Shown piece by piece: positions 27,689 through 35,723 of a stretch of 48,627 nt of DNA. The translations under genes and the position numbers were made by a program. The number at the start of each line of letters is the position of its first letter. The stretch's first letter is position 1. This DNA comes from Nitrospinaceae bacterium (GTDB taxonomy: Bacteria > Nitrospinota > Nitrospinia > Nitrospinales > VA-1), in contig JAJDBA010000047.1 of the NCBI GenBank assembly GCA_029261675.1, forward strand, positions 1 through 48,627, written 5' to 3'. The notes under the pieces are model-generated. The model did not search any database. It saw only the letters and a program-made list of their open reading frames with translations, and was not told the DNA's origin.

Positions 27689-28189
27689 ATGGAAAGCGTT
27701 AACCACATTTGTAGTTGCCAGAATGGATTGAGCGAGGCACAAAAAAAGCAGGCGGATGCCGTAGCCGGAGGGAGCTTTGAAAAGTTACTTGCCGAGTTTC
27801 AAATTTTGCGAACAACCTCTGGCGCAAAAAACCAAACTGCCAATTCCAAAAATCCGTTCGAAAATTCCCGCGCCTCTGACATTCGGGATATCTTTTTTCT
27901 GAATCAGGAAAAAGCAGAAGGTGCTTCTCTTTCTCTGCAGAATTTTTTCTCCTCTATGAAATCCGAGAATCAGTTTGAGAATTCTCGAGCTTCCGACATT
28001 CTGAATATCTTTTTTCTAAACCAAGAAAAACTAAAGGAATCTGATACCGATCCTCAGAAATTTGATAATAATTCCCCGCTGGACATTGAGAAATTAAGAA
28101 AAGATTTTACTAACCCTCGCGAGGTTCCGGGTTTTCTCGAAAAACAGTTTGAATTGTTTGGCCCCACCGTCATCAGCCGATTTATATAA
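27689..28189 (+). CDS. hypothetical protein with a duplicated FENSRASDI..IFFLNQEK motif
   Basis: The 166-aa ORF carries the 19-aa motif at 27857-27913 and 27974-28030, 39 codons apart. The two copies use different synonymous codons. Confidence 0.65.
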   Translation: MESVNHICSCQNGLSEAQKKQADAVAGGSFEKLLAEFQILRTTSGAKNQTANSKNPFENSRASDIRDIFFLNQEKAEGASLSLQNFFSSMKSENQFENSRASDILNIFFLNQEKLKESDTDPQKFDNNSPLDIEKLRKDFTNPREVPGFLEKQFELFGPTVISRFI

Positions 28190-28224
28190 CCATTCGGCGT
28201 CGAGCCTCCCTTAACCGTAGTGAA

Positions 28225-29037
28225 TTAGATGGGAACTTCTATTTCAGATGCGGTCCAGGCCATACACTGGTTTGCGCCACCGGCGAAACCCGTTTTACTG
28301 ACAACAATAATGCCAAAAGCTGTAGTCGGTTCTTTAAACCAATCAATTACGGTGGGAACAATAGCTTTAGGGTCCATGCCCTGTTCGATGAGTTGGTAAG
28401 CACGGAAGGCTGTCATCTTCATTGTAATGGCTTCTCCCTCTCCAGTAGTCGCGACGGCTCCCTCGGGTCCCGCATAAAGTCCACATCCAATTAATGGGAC
28501 ATCGCCAACCCGACCTGAGTGTGCCTGGTTAATACCGCCTGTACTGAGCGCGGCGGCAAATTTATCTCCATCGCGTACAACACAACCTACGGTGTCGGTT
28601 GTTGAAAAATCTGTTCCTGTATTATTGATTTCATCCAGTTCAACCGTTTTGCACTCTTGATTTGATGCGAACTTGGCTGCTCCCGCTCCTGCCAATACCC
28701 GATATTCCGACTGACTCACTATTCGCGCAACTTGCACAGGGTTCCTGAATCCTTCTAACGCGGCAACGGAACCGAACGTGCCAGAACTGTCCATGCACGA
28801 TGCATCCATTTGTACCGAACCATCATCGCGGCGGTGAGATCCCACTCCTGCGTTGAATCGGTTATCGTCTTCCAAAATAGTCACCGCATTGCAAGCGGCA
28901 TCGAGAACGGGCTCGCCTGTTTGTAGGCCCATCATCCCGATTTGCCCCGCAATGGCAGTACCATCAGCATGCGCCGGGTCGGAACCCACACCACCGTGCG
29001 TTAAAACTACAATCTTTTTTTTATCTATCATATTCAT
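28225..29037 (-). CDS. isoaspartyl peptidase / L-asparaginase (Ntn-hydrolase, Asparaginase_2 family)
   Basis: The 270-aa ORF has HGG near the N-terminus, the autoprocessing/nucleophile context DTVGCVV, and GRVGDVPLIGCG and GEGE blocks. Confidence 0.85.
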   Translation of the reverse strand: MNMIDKKKIVVLTHGGVGSDPAHADGTAIAGQIGMMGLQTGEPVLDAACNAVTILEDDNRFNAGVGSHRRDDGSVQMDASCMDSSGTFGSVAALEGFRNPVQVARIVSQSEYRVLAGAGAAKFASNQECKTVELDEINNTGTDFSTTDTVGCVVRDGDKFAAALSTGGINQAHSGRVGDVPLIGCGLYAGPEGAVATTGEGEAITMKMTAFRAYQLIEQGMDPKAIVPTVIDWFKEPTTAFGIIVVSKTGFAGGANQCMAWTASEIEVPI

Positions 29038-29119
29038 TTCTATAAAAAGGGAGCAAAAGTTGTAGGAGTATTATAAATGAGGTATTCTAAAGGCTATTCA
29101 AAAAAACACAAAGTAATCT

Positions 29120-29503
29120 ATGGTCAAGTTTTGTCTACAGTGTAAGAATGCGTTCTGGGGAGGTCAATATTGCCCGAAGTGTGAAGGGGAAATTGAACTG
29201 CTCGACGCCGCTTTACCTGAAAATAAAAAATATCTGCCGGAACTCAATATTGATGTGCGCCCCAAATATTATGCGCGTAGCTCCATGTTGCTTTCCTGTT
29301 TCGGATTCGTCATGGCGCTCCCACTAGGCGCGTTCATCTTTCTCCGGGGTATATCTTCCAGCGATGACCTTTTGCTCTGGGGCGGTTTGGGACTAGGCAC
29401 CGTTGTTGTAGTTTCATGGGGCTGCTGGTATCTCTCGCACCGGTTGTTCGACAAACAAATGGAAGCCGTAGAGTCCGAAGACAAAGAACTTCAACTCGAC
29501 TAG
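29120..29503 (+). CDS. zinc-ribbon membrane protein
   Basis: The 127-aa ORF has an N-terminal CLQC...CPKC zinc ribbon followed by two hydrophobic helices. Confidence 0.55.
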   Translation: MVKFCLQCKNAFWGGQYCPKCEGEIELLDAALPENKKYLPELNIDVRPKYYARSSMLLSCFGFVMALPLGAFIFLRGISSSDDLLLWGGLGLGTVVVVSWGCWYLSHRLFDKQMEAVESEDKELQLD

Positions 29504-29519
29504 CAGAGCCAACCTTTCA

Positions 29520-29902
29520 CTATTGTTCACTCGTTTCTCCATTAGCGCAACGAACCTGAGAAATAAATTTTTCGCGTGCTTGCTGATTTCGTAATTCAGC
29601 TTCTTCAATAATGGGCAATGTCGGCGCGTGTTTCATGAGTGCTTGAGCAAATAAACCCACCACTTCTTCAGGTAACACTTCTCCCTTCCCTGTATTTTTT
29701 GCTCATTTATATCCCCACAAGTTGAACCGGTCACACCCATTCCCACCTCGACTTCAGGACAGACAGGAATAAATTCAAAACATTTACTCAATTCATCCAG
29801 TAAAACAGCTTCTCGCTTATCTTCCGCATTCCAACGCACCTTTTCCCCTAACAGGCAACTGCTACCGCTTACTTTATAAGCATAGAGAATTTTATTAAAA
29901 AT
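29520..29902 (-). pseudogene. decayed DUF523 (YbbK/YbgA N-terminal-type) gene
   Basis: The minus-strand frame reads ...YKVSGSSCLLGEKVRWNAEDKREAVLLDELSKCFEFIPVCPEVEVGMGV, the DUF523 signature (SSCLLGEKVR, CPEVE.G.G). It then loses similarity. A second frame continues GEVLPEEVVGLFAQALMKHAPTLPIIEEAELRNQQAREKFISQVRC, the family C-terminal block. There is no ATG at the 5' end, and the segment between the blocks is far too short. Confidence 0.6.
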
Positions 29903-29944
29903 TTATTTTAGACAAAAACCCTTATATTTCAAATATTTATCAAT

Positions 29945-30023
29945 AAATCTATACAAAAATAGCATTTTTGTCTAATTTAATGTTGACAAATCTAATAATT
30001 TGTATAATATTAAATCTATACAT
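29945..30023 (+). promoter_or_regulatory. promoter region with AAATCTA repeats (candidate operator of the CarH-like regulator)
   Basis: TTGACA lies at 29983-29988. TATAAT at 30003-30008 gives only a 14-nt spacer; TAATAT at 30005-30010 gives a 16-nt spacer. TAAATCTATACA occurs at 29944-29955 and again at 30011-30022, and AAATCTA also occurs at 29988-29994. Confidence 0.4.
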
Positions 30024-30068
30024 AGTTCTAAGTTTTTAATTATAATTATAAATCAGGGGGACAGACCA

Positions 30069-30776
30069 ATGATAGCAAAACAAACCATCTTCAAAACTTT
30101 GGCAATCGCTTCTTTGACCTTAATAACCTCAGGCACCGTGTTCGCCCATTCCAATCATGATCATTCTACAGTTCCATTCAAATGGCAGTTTTCAGAAAAC
30201 CTACATTCAAAAATTGAGAGAAACTTAAATTCTACAAAGCCCACAGGAGTTATTGGCTTAAATCCTTTCGAGCAGAAAAAGTTCAATCACTATGGAATCA
30301 AAGTTGGAAATAAATTCAGTTCTATCGTTCACAATATTGATGTCACATTCGAAAGAACTTCAGCAGGTCTTAAAATTACGAATGCCTCAGTTTTTAATAC
30401 AACAATGAACGGCGATATTCTTCCGTTTAAAAAAGTTTCAGAAGTTTCCAAAGTTTCTATGCAAAAACATTTTCACTCTGGGCATAACCATGACCGTCTA
30501 CAAGTTGAGTGGGTATTTGGAGATACCACCAATGCAAAAATCTTCAAACATATGTTTGAAGGTAAGGGCAGTCTCTCCGTAGGCTTGACCAATCTGGAAC
30601 AAGATTTACTGAATGAATATGGAATTAAACCTGGAAATAAATTCCAACTTTCTATTTCCGGACACAACTTTCTTGCAGAAAGAACTTCTGGTGGACTAGT
30701 CATCCTTAATCACATTGACCAAAAGAATCTCGCCAAGGCAGATTTGAACAAAGATACGGTTAAGGACAATATCTAA
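30069..30776 (+). CDS. exported protein with two tandem ~105-aa domains, each opening with an HS.H.H motif
   Basis: The start at the ATG at 30069 is preceded by GGGGGA and gives a signal peptide (...TSGTVFA/HSNHDHS). Domain 1 starts at 30147 and domain 2 at 30474 (HSGHNHD). The two are collinear (W.F, GL...EQ...YGIK.GNKF, ERTS.GL.I.N). Confidence 0.7.
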   Translation: MIAKQTIFKTLAIASLTLITSGTVFAHSNHDHSTVPFKWQFSENLHSKIERNLNSTKPTGVIGLNPFEQKKFNHYGIKVGNKFSSIVHNIDVTFERTSAGLKITNASVFNTTMNGDILPFKKVSEVSKVSMQKHFHSGHNHDRLQVEWVFGDTTNAKIFKHMFEGKGSLSVGLTNLEQDLLNEYGIKPGNKFQLSISGHNFLAERTSGGLVILNHIDQKNLAKADLNKDTVKDNI

Positions 30777-30808
30777 TCTCGTTTCAAATATAAGGGATCA
30801 CAATTCCT

Positions 30809-31753
30809 ATGATTGACACTGGCAAAATGGAAAATTTGATTTCAATAGGTGAACTGGCACGACTGACCGGAATAACGACTCACACATTGAGAATGTGGGA
30901 AAAGCGATACGGCACCCCCCATTCCCAAAGGTTGCCTTCCGGTCATCGCCGGTATCCCAAAGAAGATGTTCCAAGACTAAGGGCAATTGCCAAAGCTTTG
31001 GAGTCGGGATATAGGGCCAGTAAAGTGGTCTCTGGTACTTTGGAAGAATTGCATGGTTTGATGGGACTAAAACCTTTAATCGATCCTAATCTCAAATCAA
31101 CTAAGGAAAATGAGAACTCGTCTAACGAACTGTTAATTGAGCGTTGGATAAAAGGGATTCATGAATTCGATGACGACTGTCTTATTCAGGGTTTTCATGA
31201 ACAATGGAATAAATCTGGCCCTCTCAAATTCATTATTGAATACATGATCCCTTTAATTGAAAGAGTAGGCAAGGGATGGGAGTCCGGCGAACTCTCTATT
31301 CCACACGAACATTTTGCAACAGAATGCATAGAAAGTTTTCTCACCCCTAAATGGAGACAACTGAATAGTAGAAAAGAAGGTTGGAGTTTATTAATGGCAA
31401 CTTTGCCAGGAGAAACCCATAACCTGGGGCTACTTATGTCTGCTGTTGTTGCAAGTCTTTCTGGTGCGAAGATCATCTATCTGGGTCTGAATACCCCATT
31501 GGAAGATATTATTTCAACTGCTAATAATTTTGATCCCAAACTCCTTTGTCTCAGCATTTCCTGCGGAAAAAAATTATTTGATCCAGAAGATTGCCTTCTA
31601 AAAATAAAAACAGAATTGAACAAGAATGTAACCCTTATTTCAGGGGGAAAAGGAACTCCAGATAATTTACCTGGAATCACAAAGATGGAAGATTTTAATA
31701 TTTTCAACCATTGGTTGGAAAACTTTGAAAAACAATTACTAACAGCAGTCTAA
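30809..31753 (+). CDS. CarH/LitR-like MerR-family regulator with a C-terminal B12-binding domain
   Basis: It has an N-terminal MerR HTH (ISIGELARLTGITTHTLRMWEKRYG). W157-x9-E167-H168 (GKGWESGELSIPHEH) matches Wx9EH. E202-T-H204-N-L-G207 matches (D/E)xHxxG, followed 41 residues later by SIS and 27 residues after that by GG. Confidence 0.8.
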   Translation: MIDTGKMENLISIGELARLTGITTHTLRMWEKRYGTPHSQRLPSGHRRYPKEDVPRLRAIAKALESGYRASKVVSGTLEELHGLMGLKPLIDPNLKSTKENENSSNELLIERWIKGIHEFDDDCLIQGFHEQWNKSGPLKFIIEYMIPLIERVGKGWESGELSIPHEHFATECIESFLTPKWRQLNSRKEGWSLLMATLPGETHNLGLLMSAVVASLSGAKIIYLGLNTPLEDIISTANNFDPKLLCLSISCGKKLFDPEDCLLKIKTELNKNVTLISGGKGTPDNLPGITKMEDFNIFNHWLENFEKQLLTAV

Positions 31754-31789
31754 TTTAATATTTTTTGAATATAGGGGGAATGTATAAAA

Positions 31790-32314
31790 ATGGAAGACCT
31801 CAAGCAAGCAGTGATACTTATAGGACATGGTGGATTGCCCAGCGATATTCCCAAAGGAATCGTGGAAGATTTTATGAAAATCCACAAACAAAGAGTACGG
31901 ATGGGAACTCCAATAACTGAAAAAGAAAAAGATCTGGAATCTACTATTAGAAACTGGGAAAGAACACCCGAATCAGATCCCTATAAAACTGGATTAGAAA
32001 GTCTTGCTTCTCATCTCGCCCCCCGGCTGGAGGGTTATGTATTGAAAACGGCCTACAATGAGTTTTGTTTTCCATCGATAGAACAAGCAGCTGACCAATT
32101 GGCCGAAGAGAATGTTACGGAAGTCATCCTAATAACCACAATGATTACTCCGGGCGGATCGCATTCAGAAAGGGAAATACCTGAGGAAGTTGAGGCTCTT
32201 CGCTTAAAGTACCCCAAAATGAACTTTCAGTATGCCTGGCCCTATGATCTGGATATTTTTTCAAATCTTTTATCAGATCATATTATTAACTTTTCAAAAA
32301 AGTCTTCTGTTTAG
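31790..32314 (+). CDS. CbiX/SirB-like chelatase domain protein
   Basis: The 174-aa ORF has VILIGHGG near the N-terminus and TPGGSHSEREIPEEV near the C-terminus, resembling the single-domain CbiX class II chelatase fold. An insertion of about 40 aa follows the first strand. Confidence 0.55.
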   Translation: MEDLKQAVILIGHGGLPSDIPKGIVEDFMKIHKQRVRMGTPITEKEKDLESTIRNWERTPESDPYKTGLESLASHLAPRLEGYVLKTAYNEFCFPSIEQAADQLAEENVTEVILITTMITPGGSHSEREIPEEVEALRLKYPKMNFQYAWPYDLDIFSNLLSDHIINFSKKSSV

Positions 32315-32329
32315 ACTCATCTTTTTAAA

Positions 32330-32833
32330 ATGGCTAACCCAAAATACCTTTCAAAAAAACGCAATTATTTTTTAGACCTATTCATCACTCTTATTTTTTC
32401 TCTTGTAGGTCTTTTAAGCTTCTTTATTTCTCCCAGCTATTCACTTGCTTGGAACGATGAAGAATGGCTTGAATCGGGTTGTCCAAAAACAGCATCAGGA
32501 AAATGGGCCACTGATAATCCTGAGACTACAGATTTAAGGTTTCTTTCAATAAATAATAGCGAAGTAATATATATTTCAAAAAGTGATGAAGCGCAAAAGT
32601 TTGAAATTGATAAATCTTCATTTATTTCCAATTATCAGTACGTAAAAATTAAACCTGTTAACAACCAAAATGAAACTGTTTTAAAAATCCGCCCGCATCT
32701 AATTCATATGGGTTTACAAAAAGAGACAAACAATCCCAATTGCCTGATTAAGGTATTTACTTATAAAAATGAGAAGTATGCAAAAACGGACCGATATTCT
32801 GGATGGAATATTTTCCGATTAATAAAACAATAA
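32330..32833 (+). CDS. membrane-anchored hypothetical protein
   Basis: The 167-aa ORF has one N-terminal TM helix (FLDLFITLIFSLVGLLSFFI). It starts 15 nt after the cbiX-like stop. Confidence 0.55.
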   Translation: MANPKYLSKKRNYFLDLFITLIFSLVGLLSFFISPSYSLAWNDEEWLESGCPKTASGKWATDNPETTDLRFLSINNSEVIYISKSDEAQKFEIDKSSFISNYQYVKIKPVNNQNETVLKIRPHLIHMGLQKETNNPNCLIKVFTYKNEKYAKTDRYSGWNIFRLIKQ

Positions 32834-32869
32834 GAGGTTTTATAGAGCCTTAGAAATGGTGGCTAGACT

Positions 32870-33172
32870 ATGGCTTATGAATGTAAGGTCTTTGACAAAA
32901 ATGGAAAACTTAAAAAAATATTACGAGGAAATCAGGTAACCAAAGAAAGCAAAGAATTTTTCAATCAGCCTTCAACTAAAAAGATCAGTTCTTTAATAAA
33001 CAATTTTAAAGAACCCGCTATTGAAGAGAATAAGAATACAAAGTTCTACAATAAAATTTGCGTGGTGTGTAAGAGGGAATTTCATCCTCGGCACCCAAAC
33101 TCAAAATACTGTTCGCATGAGTGCCAAAAACATTTGTATCTGGCAAAGAAAAAAAAGGGAAATCCCGGTTAA
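32870..33172 (+). CDS. small basic protein with a C-terminal CxxC...CxxxC zinc-ribbon-like motif
   Basis: The 100-aa ORF carries CVVCKREFHPRHPNSKYCSHECQKH. It is the last gene of the plus-strand run. Confidence 0.5.
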   Translation: MAYECKVFDKNGKLKKILRGNQVTKESKEFFNQPSTKKISSLINNFKEPAIEENKNTKFYNKICVVCKREFHPRHPNSKYCSHECQKHLYLAKKKKGNPG

Positions 33173-33196
33173 AATTTCCGGGCTTGGGAGTTTAGT

Positions 33197-33251
33197 CGAT
33201 TTTCAATGTTCCTCTTTTCAATGTTCTTCACTGTTGAAAATTTGAAAATCG
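33197..33251. repeat. nested direct/inverted TTTTCAA / TTGAAAA repeat cluster
   Basis: TTTTCAATGTTC occurs at 33200-33211 and 33215-33226. TTGAAAA occurs at 33234-33240 and 33242-33248. The outer arms CGATTTTCAA (33197-33206) and TTGAAAATCG (33242-33251) are exact reverse complements. Confidence 0.6.
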
Positions 33252-33290
33252 GTAAGCCGGGGTTTCCCGTAATAATTTACATCAAAAAAA

Positions 33291-34559
33291 TCAACTACTA
33301 GCTCGATGGCCGATGTCTTTTCTATAGTGGATACCATCCCACTTAATTTTTTCTACGGCTTCGTAAGCACGGGAGATGGCAGTGGCCGTATCTTCTCCGA
33401 TAGCGGTCACGCCTAAAACTCTTCCCCCATGAGTTAGCACCTCTCCGTCTTGTTCTTTAGTGCCTGCATGAAACACCGCAACACCGGGAAGAGCGTTGGC
33501 GTCTTTCAATCCTGATATAGGCTTTCCTTTTTCATAAGAATTTGGATAACCCTTTGCAGCCATCACTACGCAAACAGACGATTCGTTTTTCCACTGCAGT
33601 GGGCATTTATCCAACGTTCCATCGATACATGCTTCAAATATTGGAATAATATCGCTATCCATTCGAACAAGTAGGGGTTGAGTTTCAGGATCACCAAAAC
33701 GGGCATTGAACTCAAGAATCTGCGGGCCTGTTTTAGTCAACATTAATCCGGCATAAAGAATTCCTTTATAAGGTCTACCTTCCTGCTGCATGGCTCGAAT
33801 CATAGGTAACATGATTTTGTCGCGAACCTTTTGCCGCATTGTCTCAGTAAAAACCGGTGCCGGAGAATAAGCCCCCATGCCACCTGTGTTTGGACCCTTA
33901 TCACCATCATATGCGGCTTTATGGTCCTGAGCTGAATCCATCAGTAAAACCGTTTGCCCATCACTAAAAGCCAAAAGAGAAACTTCTTCTCCTTCTAAAA
34001 ATTCTTCAATAACGATTTGGTCACCTGCCTCACCAAATGATCTCTCTCCCATTATCGAATCGACAGCAGCCAGAGCTTCATCTGCCGTTTGGCACAACAA
34101 CACTCCTTTACCTGCTGCAAGGCCATCTGCCTTTACAACCAGTGGACAATTTTTACTTTCGATGTAGTTTCTTGCACTATCTGCAGAGTTAAAAGTTTTA
34201 TATTCTGCAGTTGGAAGCCCATATTTTTTCATAATGTCTTTAGAAAAAGATTTGCTACCTTCCAATTCGGCTGCCCGGGCATTGGGACCAAAAATACGCA
34301 AACCTTTTCCTTCGAATTGATCGACGATTCCTTTTACCAAGGGTTGTTCCGGACCCACCACGGTCAATCCAATATCATTTTCCACCGCAAATTTAAGAAG
34401 GCTGTCAATATCATCCGCCGCAATGGGGAGGTTCTCAGCAATTTCTGCTGTTCCCGCATTTCCTGGCGCGCAGAAGATTTTTTGGACCCTTGAGCTTTGT
34501 TTTATCTTCCAAACCAGTGCATGTTCGCGTCCGCCACCACCAATAACCAAAACCTGCAT
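33291..34559 (-). CDS. purD: phosphoribosylamine--glycine ligase
   Basis: The 422-aa ORF has MQVLVIGGGGREHAL, an ATP-grasp core and the GPNTGGMGAYSP and EFNARFGDPE blocks. Confidence 0.96.
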   Translation of the reverse strand: MQVLVIGGGGREHALVWKIKQSSRVQKIFCAPGNAGTAEIAENLPIAADDIDSLLKFAVENDIGLTVVGPEQPLVKGIVDQFEGKGLRIFGPNARAAELEGSKSFSKDIMKKYGLPTAEYKTFNSADSARNYIESKNCPLVVKADGLAAGKGVLLCQTADEALAAVDSIMGERSFGEAGDQIVIEEFLEGEEVSLLAFSDGQTVLLMDSAQDHKAAYDGDKGPNTGGMGAYSPAPVFTETMRQKVRDKIMLPMIRAMQQEGRPYKGILYAGLMLTKTGPQILEFNARFGDPETQPLLVRMDSDIIPIFEACIDGTLDKCPLQWKNESSVCVVMAAKGYPNSYEKGKPISGLKDANALPGVAVFHAGTKEQDGEVLTHGGRVLGVTAIGEDTATAISRAYEAVEKIKWDGIHYRKDIGHRASS

Positions 34560-34649
34560 ATTATCTTCCTCGAATGCTTGTATAATTCCTTAGAGAATTT
34601 ATATAAAATGCATGCGTGTTGCAACTCTGTTTCCTTAAAAAGACCTTAA

Positions 34650-35723
34650 ATGTTAAAGCTGGATTCGATTTCTAAATCGTTTGGTGATAAATCCGTGCTC
34701 CATGATATTTCTATGGAAATTGGAAAAGGCGAGAGGTTCACCCTTTTAGGCCAAAGCGGTTGTGGCAAATCAACCCTTTTGCGTATGATCGCGGGATTTG
34801 AGTCTCCCGATAAAGGAAAGATTTGGATAGAGGGCGATGAAATAAGTTCTCTACCTATTGAAAAAAGACCTGTTGGGATGATCTTTCAAAACTATGCCTT
34901 ATTTCCACATATGACGATTTATGACAACATCGCTGTGGGACCACGGGTGAGAAAACTGGCAGAATCTGAAATCGAAAAACGAATTGATGAGCTTTTGGAA
35001 ATCACACATTTGCGAGATTTAAAAAATTCCTATCCGCAAAATATCAGCGGCGGCGAAGCGCAACGGGTCGCTTTAGCAAGAGCGGTTATCAATCGCCCTA
35101 AAATACTACTACTCGATGAACCTCTTTCTGCTCTTGACCCCAGCTTGAGAAAACATCTGCGGGAAGAACTAGTAGAAATGCAGAGAGCCTTGGGAATCAC
35201 TTTTCTTTTTGTCACTCACGATCAGGAAGAAGCCATGAGTATGGCGACTAAAATGTGCATCATGGAAAAAGGTTCTATCAAGCAATCAGGTACTCCTGCT
35301 GATTTATACGAGCGGCCAACGTCTTCCTTCGTTGCTAACTTTCTTGGGGAGATTAACTGCCTCAATGGAAGCGTCGAACAGAAAACCGGAAGCATGGTTA
35401 CTCTTTCTTTAGGAAAAAATGGAAAGGTTCAATTTATTACTGGGGCCAACGAAAGTAAAGAACAGCGATGCTATGTGCGTCCTGAAAAAATATTTTTCGA
35501 TTCCGACCAAAAACATCAGGAGCCGATGAACACTCTCCAAGGGAGACTCATCAGCATTGATTTTTTTGGAAGCCATACGCGATATCAGGTTGAGCTTGCC
35601 GATGGTTCTATTTTTAAAGTTTCCCTGCATCACAGGAAAACAATGCAGCGTAAAATTTCAACAGGAGATCGAGTCCGCGTAATGTTTGCGGTCTCTGATG
35701 TATTTCAAATCAATGAAAATTAA
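34650..35723 (+). CDS. ABC transporter ATP-binding protein, PotA/MalK-like with a C-terminal TOBE-type domain
   Basis: The 357-aa ORF has Walker A (GQSGCGKST), the signature ISGGEAQRV, Walker B (LLLDEP), an H-loop (VTHD), FLGEIN and a C-terminal extension of about 120 aa. Confidence 0.9.
   Translation: MLKLDSISKSFGDKSVLHDISMEIGKGERFTLLGQSGCGKSTLLRMIAGFESPDKGKIWIEGDEISSLPIEKRPVGMIFQNYALFPHMTIYDNIAVGPRVRKLAESEIEKRIDELLEITHLRDLKNSYPQNISGGEAQRVALARAVINRPKILLLDEPLSALDPSLRKHLREELVEMQRALGITFLFVTHDQEEAMSMATKMCIMEKGSIKQSGTPADLYERPTSSFVANFLGEINCLNGSVEQKTGSMVTLSLGKNGKVQFITGANESKEQRCYVRPEKIFFDSDQKHQEPMNTLQGRLISIDFFGSHTRYQVELADGSIFKVSLHHRKTMQRKISTGDRVRVMFAVSDVFQINEN

Noticed and set aside
29414-29839. 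Minus-strand ORFs 29414-29608 (64 aa) and 29633-29839 (68 aa) taken as separate genes
   Set aside because: The 68-aa ORF is a fragment of the DUF523 pseudogene. The 64-aa ORF overlaps the zinc-ribbon membrane protein gene and is out of frame with the DUF523 C-terminal block.
29880-32314. Cobalamin riboswitch near the CarH-like and CbiX-like genes
   Set aside because: I looked for a B12-box-like GC-rich core (AGYCMGGAGACCKGCC-like) in the leader regions and found none. The leaders are short and AT-rich.
33021-33245. 74-aa plus-strand ORF overlapping the end of the zinc-ribbon gene and the repeat cluster
   Set aside because: It is out of frame within a better-supported ORF, and its tail is simply the translated TTTTCAATGTTC repeats.
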